Source: Coniocarpon cinnabarinum
Taxonomy: Eukaryota
Direction: 5' to 3'
NCBI GenBank assembly: GCA_051942205.1
Contig: JAVECO010000205.1
Coordinates: 1-38,213 of the forward strand
Length of the DNA stretch: 38,213 nt
Below, piece by piece: positions 20,286 to 31,611 of this stretch. The notes beneath the pieces were generated by a model that made no database searches, had not been told where the DNA came from, and saw nothing but the letters and a program-made list of their open reading frames with translations. Each line of letters begins with the position of its first letter. Position 1 is the first letter of the stretch. The translations under genes were made by a program, and so were the position numbers.

Positions 20286-23200
20286 ATGGGGCTTGCACAG
20301 GGGCAACGCTTGCAAGCCAACGAGATCGCTGTATGTCTTGCCAAAGGAAGTGACGAGAGGCTATGGGACGATGCCCGACGATCATTTGCGGAGAAGAATC
20401 GGCCCAAGAAAGAAAGCGGTTCCGAAGCAGAAGCGTTCGCGGTCTTCATCGGGAAGAGCGAGAGCGTTGGTGAAATGCGGCGCCTTTGCGCCGATGTTCA
20501 AAAGACCGCCGACCAAAAGTACACTACCTCAGATCTCAAAATCAAAGGCAAGACTATCCTCCCAGGAACATGGCTCAAGCAGACGATCAACGCCATGGAC
20601 ATGTTCATCAAAGTCGGCGATGTGGCGTTCAAAGGCGGCGCGGAGTCCGTATCTCTTGGTTGGACGGCGGTCAAATGGGTGCTACAAGCTGTCAAAGCCG
20701 ACGCGGACAAGTGTGCTCAATGGGCAGAAGCGTCCGAGATGATCTCGAGGATCCTGTTGACCTGCCGGACCATTGGTAAGATGTATAGCAGCGCGGGCAA
20801 CACTGAGCCCACCGAAATGGTGCAGCAGCTCCTGAAAGACATTCCGAACGTGTATGAGTCGATCCTATCATACTCATGGGCCGCACGAAAACAAGTTGAG
20901 CGGTCAGCCGCCCGTCGTATGCTCAGTGAAGTGAACCCTTTATCTTCAGCAGCAAACGCCTCCAAAGCTGCGTTCGACAGCATCAAGTCGTATTACCAGC
21001 AGATTCGAGAACAAGGTCAGGACGCCTTCCATGAATATGCGAACAAGGCGTTGCAATCGATCGACCAAGGCCAGAAGGAGGTCCTCTTGACACTTCGAGA
21101 AAGCTTCGACGCAAGCCAGAAGCAGATCCAGGCCTTCTCAGAAAGCAACAGAGAGATTCTTGACGAAGTGAAAAAGCTGAAGCCTTTGACCCCGCATCAG
21201 GCAGAGATTCAGAAGTTCGAGCAATACAAGGTCAAGCTGGATCCTTCTGAACACTCTTCTCGTCGTAAGAAACTCAAGCTGCAAGACCGTCAACCCGGCA
21301 CTTGCACGTGGATATTCGACGATGAACAGTACAGAAGCTGGCGCAATGCTGATGACAGTAGGATGTTACGAATCGTCGGCGGGTCAGGGAAGGGCAAATC
21401 AGTAGTGACTTCGACGGTCATTGAGAGGCTCATCAGTGAAGCAAAGCAAGACGAGCACATGGTTGTTGCATACTGGTACTGCTATTCAGGTAGTACTGAC
21501 GGCACTCAAAAAGCGGCTCGACTTGTGCAAGATGTCATTTTTAGACTCTACGAGCACGCAACGAGGCATGAGGATACACTTGCGGACATGAATCGAGTCT
21601 TCAAGAAGAATGACGAGAAGGACAAGACTTCTTCCAATAAGGGCGCGGTCGGTGGTCCAGACAGTCGACGCGTCAGGAAGACCGTCGACTTTTTGGGCAA
21701 TCCCGATGAAACCTTTGTTTCCCTTGCACGAATTCTCGACCACGAAGTCTTCGTCGTGATTGATGCATTGGATGAGTGTGCCGACAGACGTGAAGAAGAA
21801 TTGTTTGACACCCTCCACACTTGGGTTCGCGACTCAGGTCTAAAAGTGAAGATTTTTGTGAGCAGTCGGCCAGAAACCGATATCATGACTGGGCTCGCAC
21901 AGTATCCAGCGATTGACCTTGCCGAAAAGAACCAGGCGGATCTTGCTAGGTGCACAGACTCGACTCTGGCACGGTTCCCAACGTTGACTCCGCATGAAAA
22001 GAGCCGAATACGTGAAACCATGCTTGAAAGGGCAGAAGGACAATTCACGTACATTGAGCTCGCGATCAAGATTTTGAATCAGCCTTGGAGGCGACCAATA
22101 GATGACCTCATCGCAAAGTTTCAAGAAGGAGTTGACCGACTGTATCAAGAAAATCTGCGAAGCACCGACCCTAACTACAAAGATCTCGCCCATCAAGCTC
22201 TGACGTGGACGTTGCTACAGCAGGGCGATCTCTTCGTTTGGGACTTCTTTGACATTTTCTCGAGGAGGTACACTGTGGAAGACTCTGGTATCGACACGGC
22301 TGAGGCCAAAGTTGAAGAGCTTCCAGAGCCTGCGAATGTCCATGAGAACGCTAGCGTAGAAGAGAAGGTGGCCGAGCCTTCCGAAAATCCTGCCACCGAT
22401 GAGGAGTCGATCGCGCCTTTTCAATACGGCAAAAAGAGCGAGGTGAACATATCTCTCTATCAAACACAGATTGAGAATGCTGCGAGAACATTCATCAGAG
22501 TCAGCGCAAAGGACACTCTCCAGGAACAGCATCAAAACGTGCGTGAGTGTTTCTTGCGGGACGACAAGGTTGGAGATAAGACAGGTGACTACTACATTGA
22601 CCGAGAGCAAGCTCATCTTGCCATCACGCTGGAGCTGGTGAGGACGTTGAATTCTGATGCCTTCGCGAGAGAGTACATGCCATTGAGCTCCGATGGTGAA
22701 AGTGCAGACACTGCTCCGTTGTCCGACGGTCCCAGCACGAGTGATCCTTGGCTTGTTTGGAACTTCAAAGATGCTGTAGAAGGTGATTCAGCTGAAGAGG
22801 CACAGAATGATAATAAGGATGAGCAGACACCCGGAGCAGAGAGTGACAGCTCGGCGAACGCTGTTGATACTAACAGCCAGTCAAGTGCTAATGCTGAATC
22901 CTCTGCTACTTCCCAGACGAGTGTCGACAACGGTGCTGGCGACCCAGAAGCGTCCACATCTGAGGATCAAAAGGAGGACAAGGTCCAGGGTGAAACACAA
23001 ACGGAAGCCACTGAGACGGAGGAGTCGTCTCAGCCAGAGCCCGACTTGTATGAGAACGACAGCGACCTCGATGACACTGAAGAGACTGGTGCTGTCGCGG
23101 AAGCTGTGGAGACCTTTGAATCCAAAGGTCTTGTGAAACGATATGAGATCTGGAACTGGTTTCGCCATCTCAAGTGCGCCGAGCAGGCTGCTGGTTCGGA

Positions 23201-25762
23201 CAACCCCAAGAAAGGCGGACTTTGGGAAGAAGTTTGGGTCGAGCTCCGCAAGTTCCTGCTGAGCAAATCTCGTTTTCGAGCTTGGTGCACAGCCTACATG
23301 GAGACGCAAGTAAGTCATCATTGTCTCTCAGATGCGCTAGAACATTCGGCGATGAGCTTTATATTGTACAGCTCCCGCTACAGGCCTTCCTAGAAGAAGC
23401 CAATGTGGCAGGAATGGGATGCACTGCTAACAGGTACTCTGATAGGGCGATGATTATGGCCAATGGACAATCAACTCAGCTGGTGACCCCTCATACAAGT
23501 TCACACCTTACCACATTCTCGCTGGGTTGGGTCTCATGTGGCCGCTTCAGCGTATTCTTGAAGAAGGTGCCGACATCAATGTGGAAAATGCATTCAAAGA
23601 CCTCCCCGCGATATGCATGTCCTTGGACCCCACTCTGAATGAGGACCTCGATTTACTAGAACTGCTGTTGACGCACTGCGACATCAACGCTAGAGATCCG
23701 GTCGAGCAAGGTCCTGATTATACCTTGAACTACACCCTTTGGAGTGATCCAAGTGAAGCCTTCATCCGCAAGATGGTTGAAATGGGAGCACGTGTAGATG
23801 TTCGTGGCTATAACAACAGAACCTGTCTGCACTACGTGGCAAATGTATCGACGAGACCAGAGGTGGCCCGTTACTTTATCCAGAAGGGGCTCGATATTAA
23901 TGCCTTGGATGAGGATGGCAGCTCCCCCCTCCATTTGCTGCTGCAACGACCCGATTTCCCAGAGGAGATGCTCGAAGTCTTTCTAGAAAATGGTGCAAAT
24001 GTCAGGCAAGAATCGAAAGCCTCTGAACAACCGTTAGTAGGAGCGGCAATGTCTGGACAGCTTAAAGCTGTACAGCTGCTTCTGAAGGAGGGACCTGGAC
24101 GAATAACAGCGGACGTGCATGATGAAGATGAGTACGGAAAGACTGCGCTGCATGGTAAGGCTCTGAACGGCAAGTGAGTTGATGCATTGGACTGTTGAAG
24201 CTGACGTATTTCATAGTGGCCGCTGGCGAAGGACAACATGAGATTGTTGACTGCTTGCTCCAAGCTGGCGCTGATATCAACCACAAGTCTCACAAACAGA
24301 CAACCCCGCTCTATCTGGCAACGATTCCGAAACAGTCCGAAACAGCGTTACTCATCTTGAACCGACTCTTGGAGCACAACTGTCCACTAGAAGAAATCGA
24401 TCAGGCACGTTACAATGGCAAGACTGTGCTCCGACAGGCTGCAATGAGTAACAGCTTGGAGACTGTCAAGGCTTTGCTTCAAATACCTGGTATGACTGAC
24501 CGCATCAATCTCTGCGACGATACCCACAAGCGAACGCCCCTGCACGTTGCCAGTCTGATGGGCCACGAAAAGGTGGTTGAAGTCCTTCTGGAGAAGGGTG
24601 CGGAGGTCATGAATGACAAGAAAGGCAAGACACCTCTACAGCTTTGCTGCGAGCGGTGGACTAGCAATAGCGATCAGAAGTGTCGTGAAAACATTGCATT
24701 GATGCTACTCGACAAGCACCCAGACTCTGCGATGACTGAGCCGATAGCACTCTTTACGGGCGCCGCCATGGGCAGCTATGCACTCGTGCAGCGGCTCCTG
24801 GAGCTGGACGCCAATCCCAACGTGGTGGACGATCATGGTTGGAAGCCTGTGCATGTGAGTCGCTGCTATATCCGCTCTTTTAATGGACATGACACTTACT
24901 CTTCATCCAGGTGGCGCGTCTAAATAACCACATGCGCAACGTCCAGCTGCTCGAGCATGGCGGCATCTTTGGTCTCGCTCCAAGCAGCATGGTACTACCA
25001 CCAAACCAGTCCCACATTACATACGACGAAGACGAAGACCTCTACAAATGTGCCAAGCTCGAAGCATTTGAGCATCACAGCCTTATCGCGGATCACCCTA
25101 TCCGTGTAGGGGAAACCCGCTTCTATTATGAAGTCGAAATCCAGGACCAACCTAATCCCGACGCCAGACGGGAGGACGCCTGGGTCGGTGTGGGACTCAC
25201 GCCGAAGCCACGCACAGCCAACAACTGGTTCCCGGGCTGGGCGCAGTTAGGGGTCGGCCGCTCCTACGGCTTCCACGGCGATGATGGCAGGTTGTTCAGC
25301 GCGCCTGAACCGGATCGCAAACTGGCGGGCTTCGAGCCGTACGCCTTCAACGACACCATCGGGTGCGGACTCGACGCACAAAAGGGCGAGATCTTCTATA
25401 CGCGTAATGGCAAATGGCTGGGCACACCCTTCACGAAGGTGAGTGGGCGATTGTTCCCGGTGATTGGGTTGCACGGTGAGAGCCATCTCCGCGTCAATTT
25501 CAAGGGTCCTTTTGCATATGCGCCCATGAACGCGCCGAGACGGGCGGGAACTATGTCGCCGATGCCGGAACTGGGGGAGTCGAAAATGCGGCGAGAGATG
25601 ACGCGGCAGCAGAGCTTGAACTCGAAGATGGAGCCGGTGGCTGTGGAAGCCACGCCGGAGGATGTGATTCAGAGCGTTGAAGCGGAAGTCAAGAAGGAGG
25701 TGGGTGAGGAGGGGGATCGGGACAAGTTGAAGATTGGGATGAAGTTTGAGGTGGCGACGTGA
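20286..25762 (+). CDS. Fungal NLR-like STAND protein: helical N-terminal domain - NACHT - ankyrin repeats - SPRY/B30.2; exons 20286-23309, 23446-24154, 24217-24854, 24911-25762 (~1740 aa)
   Basis: RQPGTCTWIFDDEQYRSW, Walker A GGSGKGKS, Walker B VFVVIDALDEC, FVSSRPE, AEGQFTY. Ankyrin GSSPLHLL, GKTALH|VAAGEGQHEIV, RTPLHVASLMGHEKVVEVLLEKGA. SPRY FYYEVEI, FPGW...SYGFHGDDG, DTIGCGLD, IFYTRNG, LFPVIG, VNF. Three GT-AG introns keep frame. Confidence 0.9.
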
Positions 25763-26033
25763 GGCTGGATATCATTGAAGAAATTGTCCTGGTCGTATTT
25801 TGGAGCTTGCAGTGGTACGTGAGAAGTCAAGCGAAGGCTAATGATCATGTTTGGAGCGCTTGATTTGCATAGCGAGAAAAGTTTGAGCGTTTATCACGAG
25901 CATTGGCGTTGGCAGCGTAAAGAGCGATAATTGAAGAGTACATCTATCAAATTGCAGCGCATCAACAATCTGGTACGCATCAATGAAACATCCAAATCAG
26001 GTCCCGCCGCTGTTCGATCACTCCAAAACCTCT

Positions 26034-26655
26034 TCATTCCGCATCCGCCTCAGCATCCAAAATCCGTGTAAAAGTAACAACCCCATTAATCCCAATCACA
26101 GCAGCCATAAATAATGACGTGAAAAGTCCAAACAGAGCCATCTTCACGTGATATTGTCGGGAATGGACAGCGTTCACATTTACGAGGACGAGCGAGGCGT
26201 TGACCATGCCCAGGAGAATGGCGACGATGTTGATGACGATCAGCGTATCTGTTTGTTTATTAGTTATGATTTTTTGAGCGTAGGATGGATGCGCCGATGT
26301 GCTGAGGTGTTTAGAGGTGGTATTACGCGATGCTATATGCTCTTTGCCTAAGCTGATGCGCGAAAAGGTAGGTAGAAAATACAGCAATTACCACTATTTT
26401 TATAATATCTGCAAGCAACAGAAAATAGTAAAAACAGGAATAATACTTACAGATTGCACAACTCCTCGATGTCGACTTCGCTAAATTGCAGCGACGCAGC
26501 GACCTCGTCTCTTGATCCTCCAACATCTCATCATCAAATGTCGAATATTTCGACGAAGACGACATAGAAGCCTCGTCGTCGGAAAGCAGATATGCTCGTT
26601 CGAAGGAGTTTAAGTCGATAGTGCGATATCGAGGCGAAGGGGCGGGATATGCCAT
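26034..26655 (-). CDS. Small two-transmembrane hypothetical protein; exons 26655-26451, 26248-26034 (139 aa)
   Basis: GTAAGT donor at 26450, CTAAT branch and CAG acceptor at 26249 join two ORF-track fragments in frame (..SCAI|YTLIVINIVAILLGMV..MALFGLFTSLFMAAVIGINGVVTF); two hydrophobic stretches. Confidence 0.65.
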
Positions 26656-27193
26656 TTCAAGCGACTTGAAATGCTTGAAAAACGGGATTGTGTTGTGTAG
26701 TGTTTGCTGTGCGGGAGAGTCACTGAGAGTGAGGAGGGTATGGTAGTTTTGTGGTAGATGCTATTAGAAAGAAAGAAAAAGGGAGTAAGAACAGCTTTTT
26801 GTAGAAGTATTGAGGGCTGTTGGGTGTCTGAGCGCTGGATAGCTCATGATGTATTCGTGATTTCATTGCAACGTATAACAAGTGCTCAGACATATCCCTC
26901 TAGAACAATTTGCTAGCTCCTGCAACTGCTATTCTTTTAGGATGCATGTATGTAGAGCATCGTCGCACGCCGCGAGACAGATGCAATTGTGGCGATTTTC
27001 CATTTCTGGGCTTACCACTATTTTCTCGTTCAGAGAAGACTGCGTCAAAGCAGTGCGTCGACTTAGGTGATTCTATGCGGTGCTACACAAGCAACAAACA
27101 GCTACTGCACGAGATGTTTGAAGAGTGTCATGTTGCCCAATAAAGCGGCGCAGGCAATCAATCCTCAAAAATGAGAACGAAATAGAAGATTGA

Positions 27194-28219
27194 TTAGCTG
27201 ATCGGCAATCCAGCCATCTGCCGCAATCCCACATTCCGAATAATTCTTCCCTCCCCTTCAACGCCGGGACCTTCAGGCATCGGCTCACCGTCCCTCATAG
27301 CAAGCTGCACAAGCGCATCTCCCAATTCCGGCGTCGGACTCATAATATTCTTGTACGTGTATCTCAACGCGAATCTGAGGGGTCTTTCAAGCTTCTTCTG
27401 TAGACCTTCTCGCGCGGCGGTATACGGAGTGATTTCGTCGTGGTTGGCGCGGTCCACGCCGCCGGCTCGAGCGATGTAGACGCTTAGACTGGGTATTGAG
27501 GCTTCGCCTGTTCCGAGATTGAGGAGTTCTTTCTCGGCTATGCCTTTGACGCGGGCGAAGCGCGGGGTGAATTTGCCGGGATTTGCAGTCGCGCCTTCGC
27601 CTGAGACATAGACGAAGTTGAGGGGACGCTGTGTTGGTGATGCGTCTGTGGTGTCATTTTGGGCAGTGCTTGCATCAGTCTGGCCATCAGCTGGATTGTC
27701 GACTTGAGTATCGGCTTGGGTATCAGCTTGAGTGTCAGTACCAGTCTGTGGGGCGTCGGCACTTCCAGAGTCAGTGACATTACTCGGAGTCGCAGCGTTC
27801 GGTGTGGAGGGGGGTTGACTCTGGCTTGGGACTCGTGGCTGCTGTGACGGGCTTTCTGGAGCCTCTGAGCGTCTCGCCAAGGCACGAGCCCATAGAAGCG
27901 GCCAGTCAACAGTAATCTTCGAATACGTCTGCTCATCGACTTCATTTTGGCTCACGCCCAGCGCCCAGACAATACCCTTGGCATCCCTGATTTCATTAAG
28001 AGCATCACTGCTGGGCGGCTGCCCGAAGTCTTCATGTCTGAACACTCTGCATTTTTGCTGGGCAATATCTGAGTCTGTGGCTTGCAAGACATCGGACTTG
28101 GGACGAGTGAAGATGGAGATGCGCCCGATGGCTTCGTTGCGTAACATGGAATATAGCGTTGCGGAGCCGACTAGACCTGTCGCTCCTGTCAGGATGAGAT
28201 GAGCTTTTTTCGTGTCCAT
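27194..28219 (-). CDS. Atypical SDR / NAD(P)-binding Rossmann-fold protein with low-complexity insertion, 341 aa
   Basis: LILTGATGLVGSA, GIVWALGVSQ, YSKITVDWPL, FVYVSGEGA, FARVKGIAEKEL. Confidence 0.85.
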   Translation of the reverse strand: MDTKKAHLILTGATGLVGSATLYSMLRNEAIGRISIFTRPKSDVLQATDSDIAQQKCRVFRHEDFGQPPSSDALNEIRDAKGIVWALGVSQNEVDEQTYSKITVDWPLLWARALARRSEAPESPSQQPRVPSQSQPPSTPNAATPSNVTDSGSADAPQTGTDTQADTQADTQVDNPADGQTDASTAQNDTTDASPTQRPLNFVYVSGEGATANPGKFTPRFARVKGIAEKELLNLGTGEASIPSLSVYIARAGGVDRANHDEITPYTAAREGLQKKLERPLRFALRYTYKNIMSPTPELGDALVQLAMRDGEPMPEGPGVEGEGRIIRNVGLRQMAGLPIS

Positions 28220-28837
28220 GGCTTCTTTGGTTGAGTATGCTCAGTATCCCTATGTTAAATAGTGTGCTGTATGTAGTACCGGTAACACGTGGTTCGTAGA
28301 CGCAGATCAGAGCCATATTCTCCGTAGATATACGCGGCTTAGCAGGCTAGGCAGCATCGTCAAAGCCCCTGACGCTAGCTATGCCGCACCTTCGTATTGC
28401 CGCTTCGGGTTTGCGGGACTTCATCAATACGGTTCGATCTTATGTCACGTGACTAATCACAATATACCCTTGCCCAGATCGTCGTTTGACAATCTCACCT
28501 CGTGTCCAGCCCCGATCATATCAGACACTTACGCAAAGAAATTACGCATGTTGAACTTCAAGCCTGGAAGTCAATGACCTTTAAAGAAACAAGCCGCTCT
28601 TCACCTGTTTCGCCTTGGACGAGCGACGGCCCTACAATATTGCTACAACGCAAGTCAACAAGTGTCGTAAAAGCGCTTCTCGATTAAATAATAGCGCCAT
28701 GTTTAATCTGCTGTTGAAACTTCTTTTTGAAAGGTCTCGGACGCGCATAAAAGTGGAAAGACCGTGAGTGATCGTTGCCGCTGTAACCGCCACAGCTCCA
28801 TGAAAACAGTCCCATCTCTCCTCACATGACAAGCATG

Positions 28838-30100
28838 TCAGATTCCCTTGCGCTTGAGAAAATCCAACATCAGCTCTCCCACTTCGACAACGTGCGTCTC
28901 GAGCAAGAAGTGACCGCCTTCGAGCAGATGTACTTCGGCGTGAGGGACATCGTCTTTGAAGGCTTCCGCACCTGCTGGGACGAAGATTGAGTCGTTCTTG
29001 CCCCTGCGTGGATCATGTTAGTACATTGCGAGACCTCTTGAAGCGATGCGATGGAATCGAAGTTGGGCGATAGAATGCGTCGACGCAGTATGATGTCTTG
29101 GAACTAGTTGACATCTTGAAACCGTGTGCGGGAGTGAGAACGATGCGTGGGAGATGGCGTCAGACTTACCACACAGCGAGGACAGGGGGTTGCTTCTCGC
29201 GCAGGTACTCCTGCCATTTTGGGTACAGCCCTGGGTTCGTGCCGTAATCTCTGAAGAGACTCAGTTGGATGTCGATGTTGCCGGGCCGGGCCTGGAGGGC
29301 AGCGTCTAGGGTATAGCTTTCTGGTGAGATGAGACTAGGATTCGCGACGCCCTGTAGATGGTCAGACGCACGTAGGTCAGGGGAAGAAAAAGAGGGATTA
29401 GTGAGTGTAGTCCCGGTGACGAGATGCAATAGAGGTGATTAGCGCGACGCTATCGTTCAAGAGCTTTTTCCAGCGGCTGTGTTGCCCCAAGTTCGCTAAA
29501 GAGTTCGACAGGATAGTCACTAGGGAAAGAAAAAGCCTCCATATTTACCTCGACGTATTGGCCTTTGACCCCCGCAAAAGAGGCAAATTCCCTCGCAGCG
29601 TGCTCCGCATCCGCATTCTCCGGGTGAGTAATGTAATCCGACAACACCGCCACACCGGGTCCTAGGCCCTGGATATACATATTCCCATTCTGACTGATGA
29701 TGGCTTGAACCGCTCCCTGGTTAGCATACGCCATTCGCAAGCCCACAGGCGCGCCATAGTCAAAGGCGTAAAAACTGTATTTCTCGATGTCTAGTTGACG
29801 GAGCCACTCAGCCATCATGTTGGCGATGTTGTCAAAAGTGAAAGTATAGTGAAGAGCAGGGGGAACATGGGTGAAGCCGAAGCCGGGGTAATCTGGGGCA
29901 AGCACATGGTAGTGTTGAGCGAGGAGAGGGATCAAATGGCGGAATTGGTGAGAGGAAGAGGGAAAGCCATGAAGGAGGAGGATCGTAGAGGCAGTAGGAT
30001 CGCCGGCTTCGCGGTAGAAGATTTGACAGCCGTGGATTGAGCGAGTATGGGTGGTAAAGGGAACGCCGGGCGTGGGTGCCTGTACAGTGGAGCCAGCCAT
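28838..30100 (-). CDS. Alpha/beta hydrolase (epoxide hydrolase/haloalkane dehalogenase-like); exons 30100-29549, 29351-29170, 29003-28838 (299 aa)
   Basis: LLLHGFPSSSHQFR, APDYPGFGFT, nucleophile FDYGAP, IISQNGN, LAVW|GKNDSIF, catalytic GGHFLLE. Introns 29548-29352 and 29169-29004 have GT..CTRAC..CAG. Confidence 0.92.
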
Positions 30101-31611
30101 GTTTTTTAGAAGCAGTTATTTATGTAGTTTTGCAGCAATATTTAAGGGAGAATGAAAAAATTTCGAGCGCTTTATAGCTGCTCAAGAGCACCAGATTCTT
30201 CGCAGCCTCGAAGGACCTCCATGAATATAGAGTAGAACCTAAAGGAGACCGGTGCCTACTCGAAGGATTCCAAGCGTTAGTAGTGGATTGACGTCTCGTT
30301 TAGATGCGTCCTTTCTGGATGGTGAGAAACTGGTTTCTCCATCCGCCCAAGGCCAAGCATGATCGTTGCAACACTACCGCTCGGTGCAGTAAGCCGATTT
30401 GGAATCATGTGCTTTGTGCAGTTGGCCGCTGAAGGCCGGAATGTGAAGAGTCAAGGTGCGGGCTAGTCGCGGCGCTCACGGATGCAGAGCAAAGTACAGC
30501 TCGCGTAGCTCGGCAAGCTCGCCGTTCCCTGTCGACAAGCTCGACTTCACGAGAGCCTCTCCTTGCTTTCAAACCATCAGCTAGGCTTTTGTGGCGCTAT
30601 TGCGTTGTGCATAGTCACCCATGGAATTAAGAGGTATAATGCAATATCGCCGCTAAGTCTAGATGCTGATGGCTTTGAACGCAGCGAGTCACGGGGATTG
30701 ACACAGCGCACTAGAAGAATGCTTGACTCAAGGTTCCAACAAGGTGCATATACTGTTATGTAACTTGGTGATGAAGTTGCAATGAGATGGCGCGCCGGCG
30801 AGAGCTTTTCTCACGCAGAGGCTAATTTAGCTCTTGCTTAGAGAGAGTACGAACTTGCAACGTATCTGCTGGGGACTCTTTCAGGGTAAGAGCGGTCCAA
30901 GAGCACTTTTCAGGGAACGATTCTGCGCTCAGTAGCGGCTGTTAGGTCCTGAGATGCACGTGTATGTCACTGACCGCAGGATTCGATGCATGGCTGTGGC
31001 TGTTCCCGCCTTTTGCCCTATCCTTTCCTCTAAAGGCATTTGCAGAATCTTAGACCTAGGCGTAGCTGTACGGTAGCTTTACGTCGTCTTGTGTGCACGC
31101 ATAGCGTGGGAAAGGGCAGACCTAATCCGCACCAGCTGAGCAAATTATTTGCATGGGACGACCATCCTCAGATTAGAGGATGTGTACACAAGACACTTTG
31201 TCTTTGCTCTTCGTTTGCACATCTACACCGTCGAGGCTTTAAAGCTGAGCCACGCTTAGCTAATCGAGAGTATGTGAGTACTCCGCATTATATCAGATTT
31301 ACTCAGTATCTGCCCCCTGTAGTCGTGGTTGTGATAGGCTTACCATTGAACCAAGGAAACGGAAGGGAGACAGGCTCTATAGAAACACGCGAGCGTCAAT
31401 ACAAGCTGCAATTTTCTGAAATATGTTGTGAGAACGTCCCATCACAAGACGCTTTATATAGTTGCATTTGCAGGAATGATCGAGTACTTCAAGTCTTTTG
31501 CTAGCTAGCATGTGCTTTCGCGGCGGTTCTGCGACTTCGCGCAAGAGCATGATTGGCCATGTCAACGCTAAAGTAATTTCAGCATCTCTGACCTGGCATT
31601 CGGATAGTTGC

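Noticed and set aside
20286..20400. Amyloid signalling motif (HET-s/PP/sigma-like) at the NLR N-terminus
   Set aside because: No N/Q/G-rich pseudo-repeat visible and no adjacent gene with a matching C-terminal motif.
30200..31600. ORFs 30563-30763, 31040-31504 and 31377-31619
   Set aside because: Non-ATG starts, no motifs; treated as intergenic.
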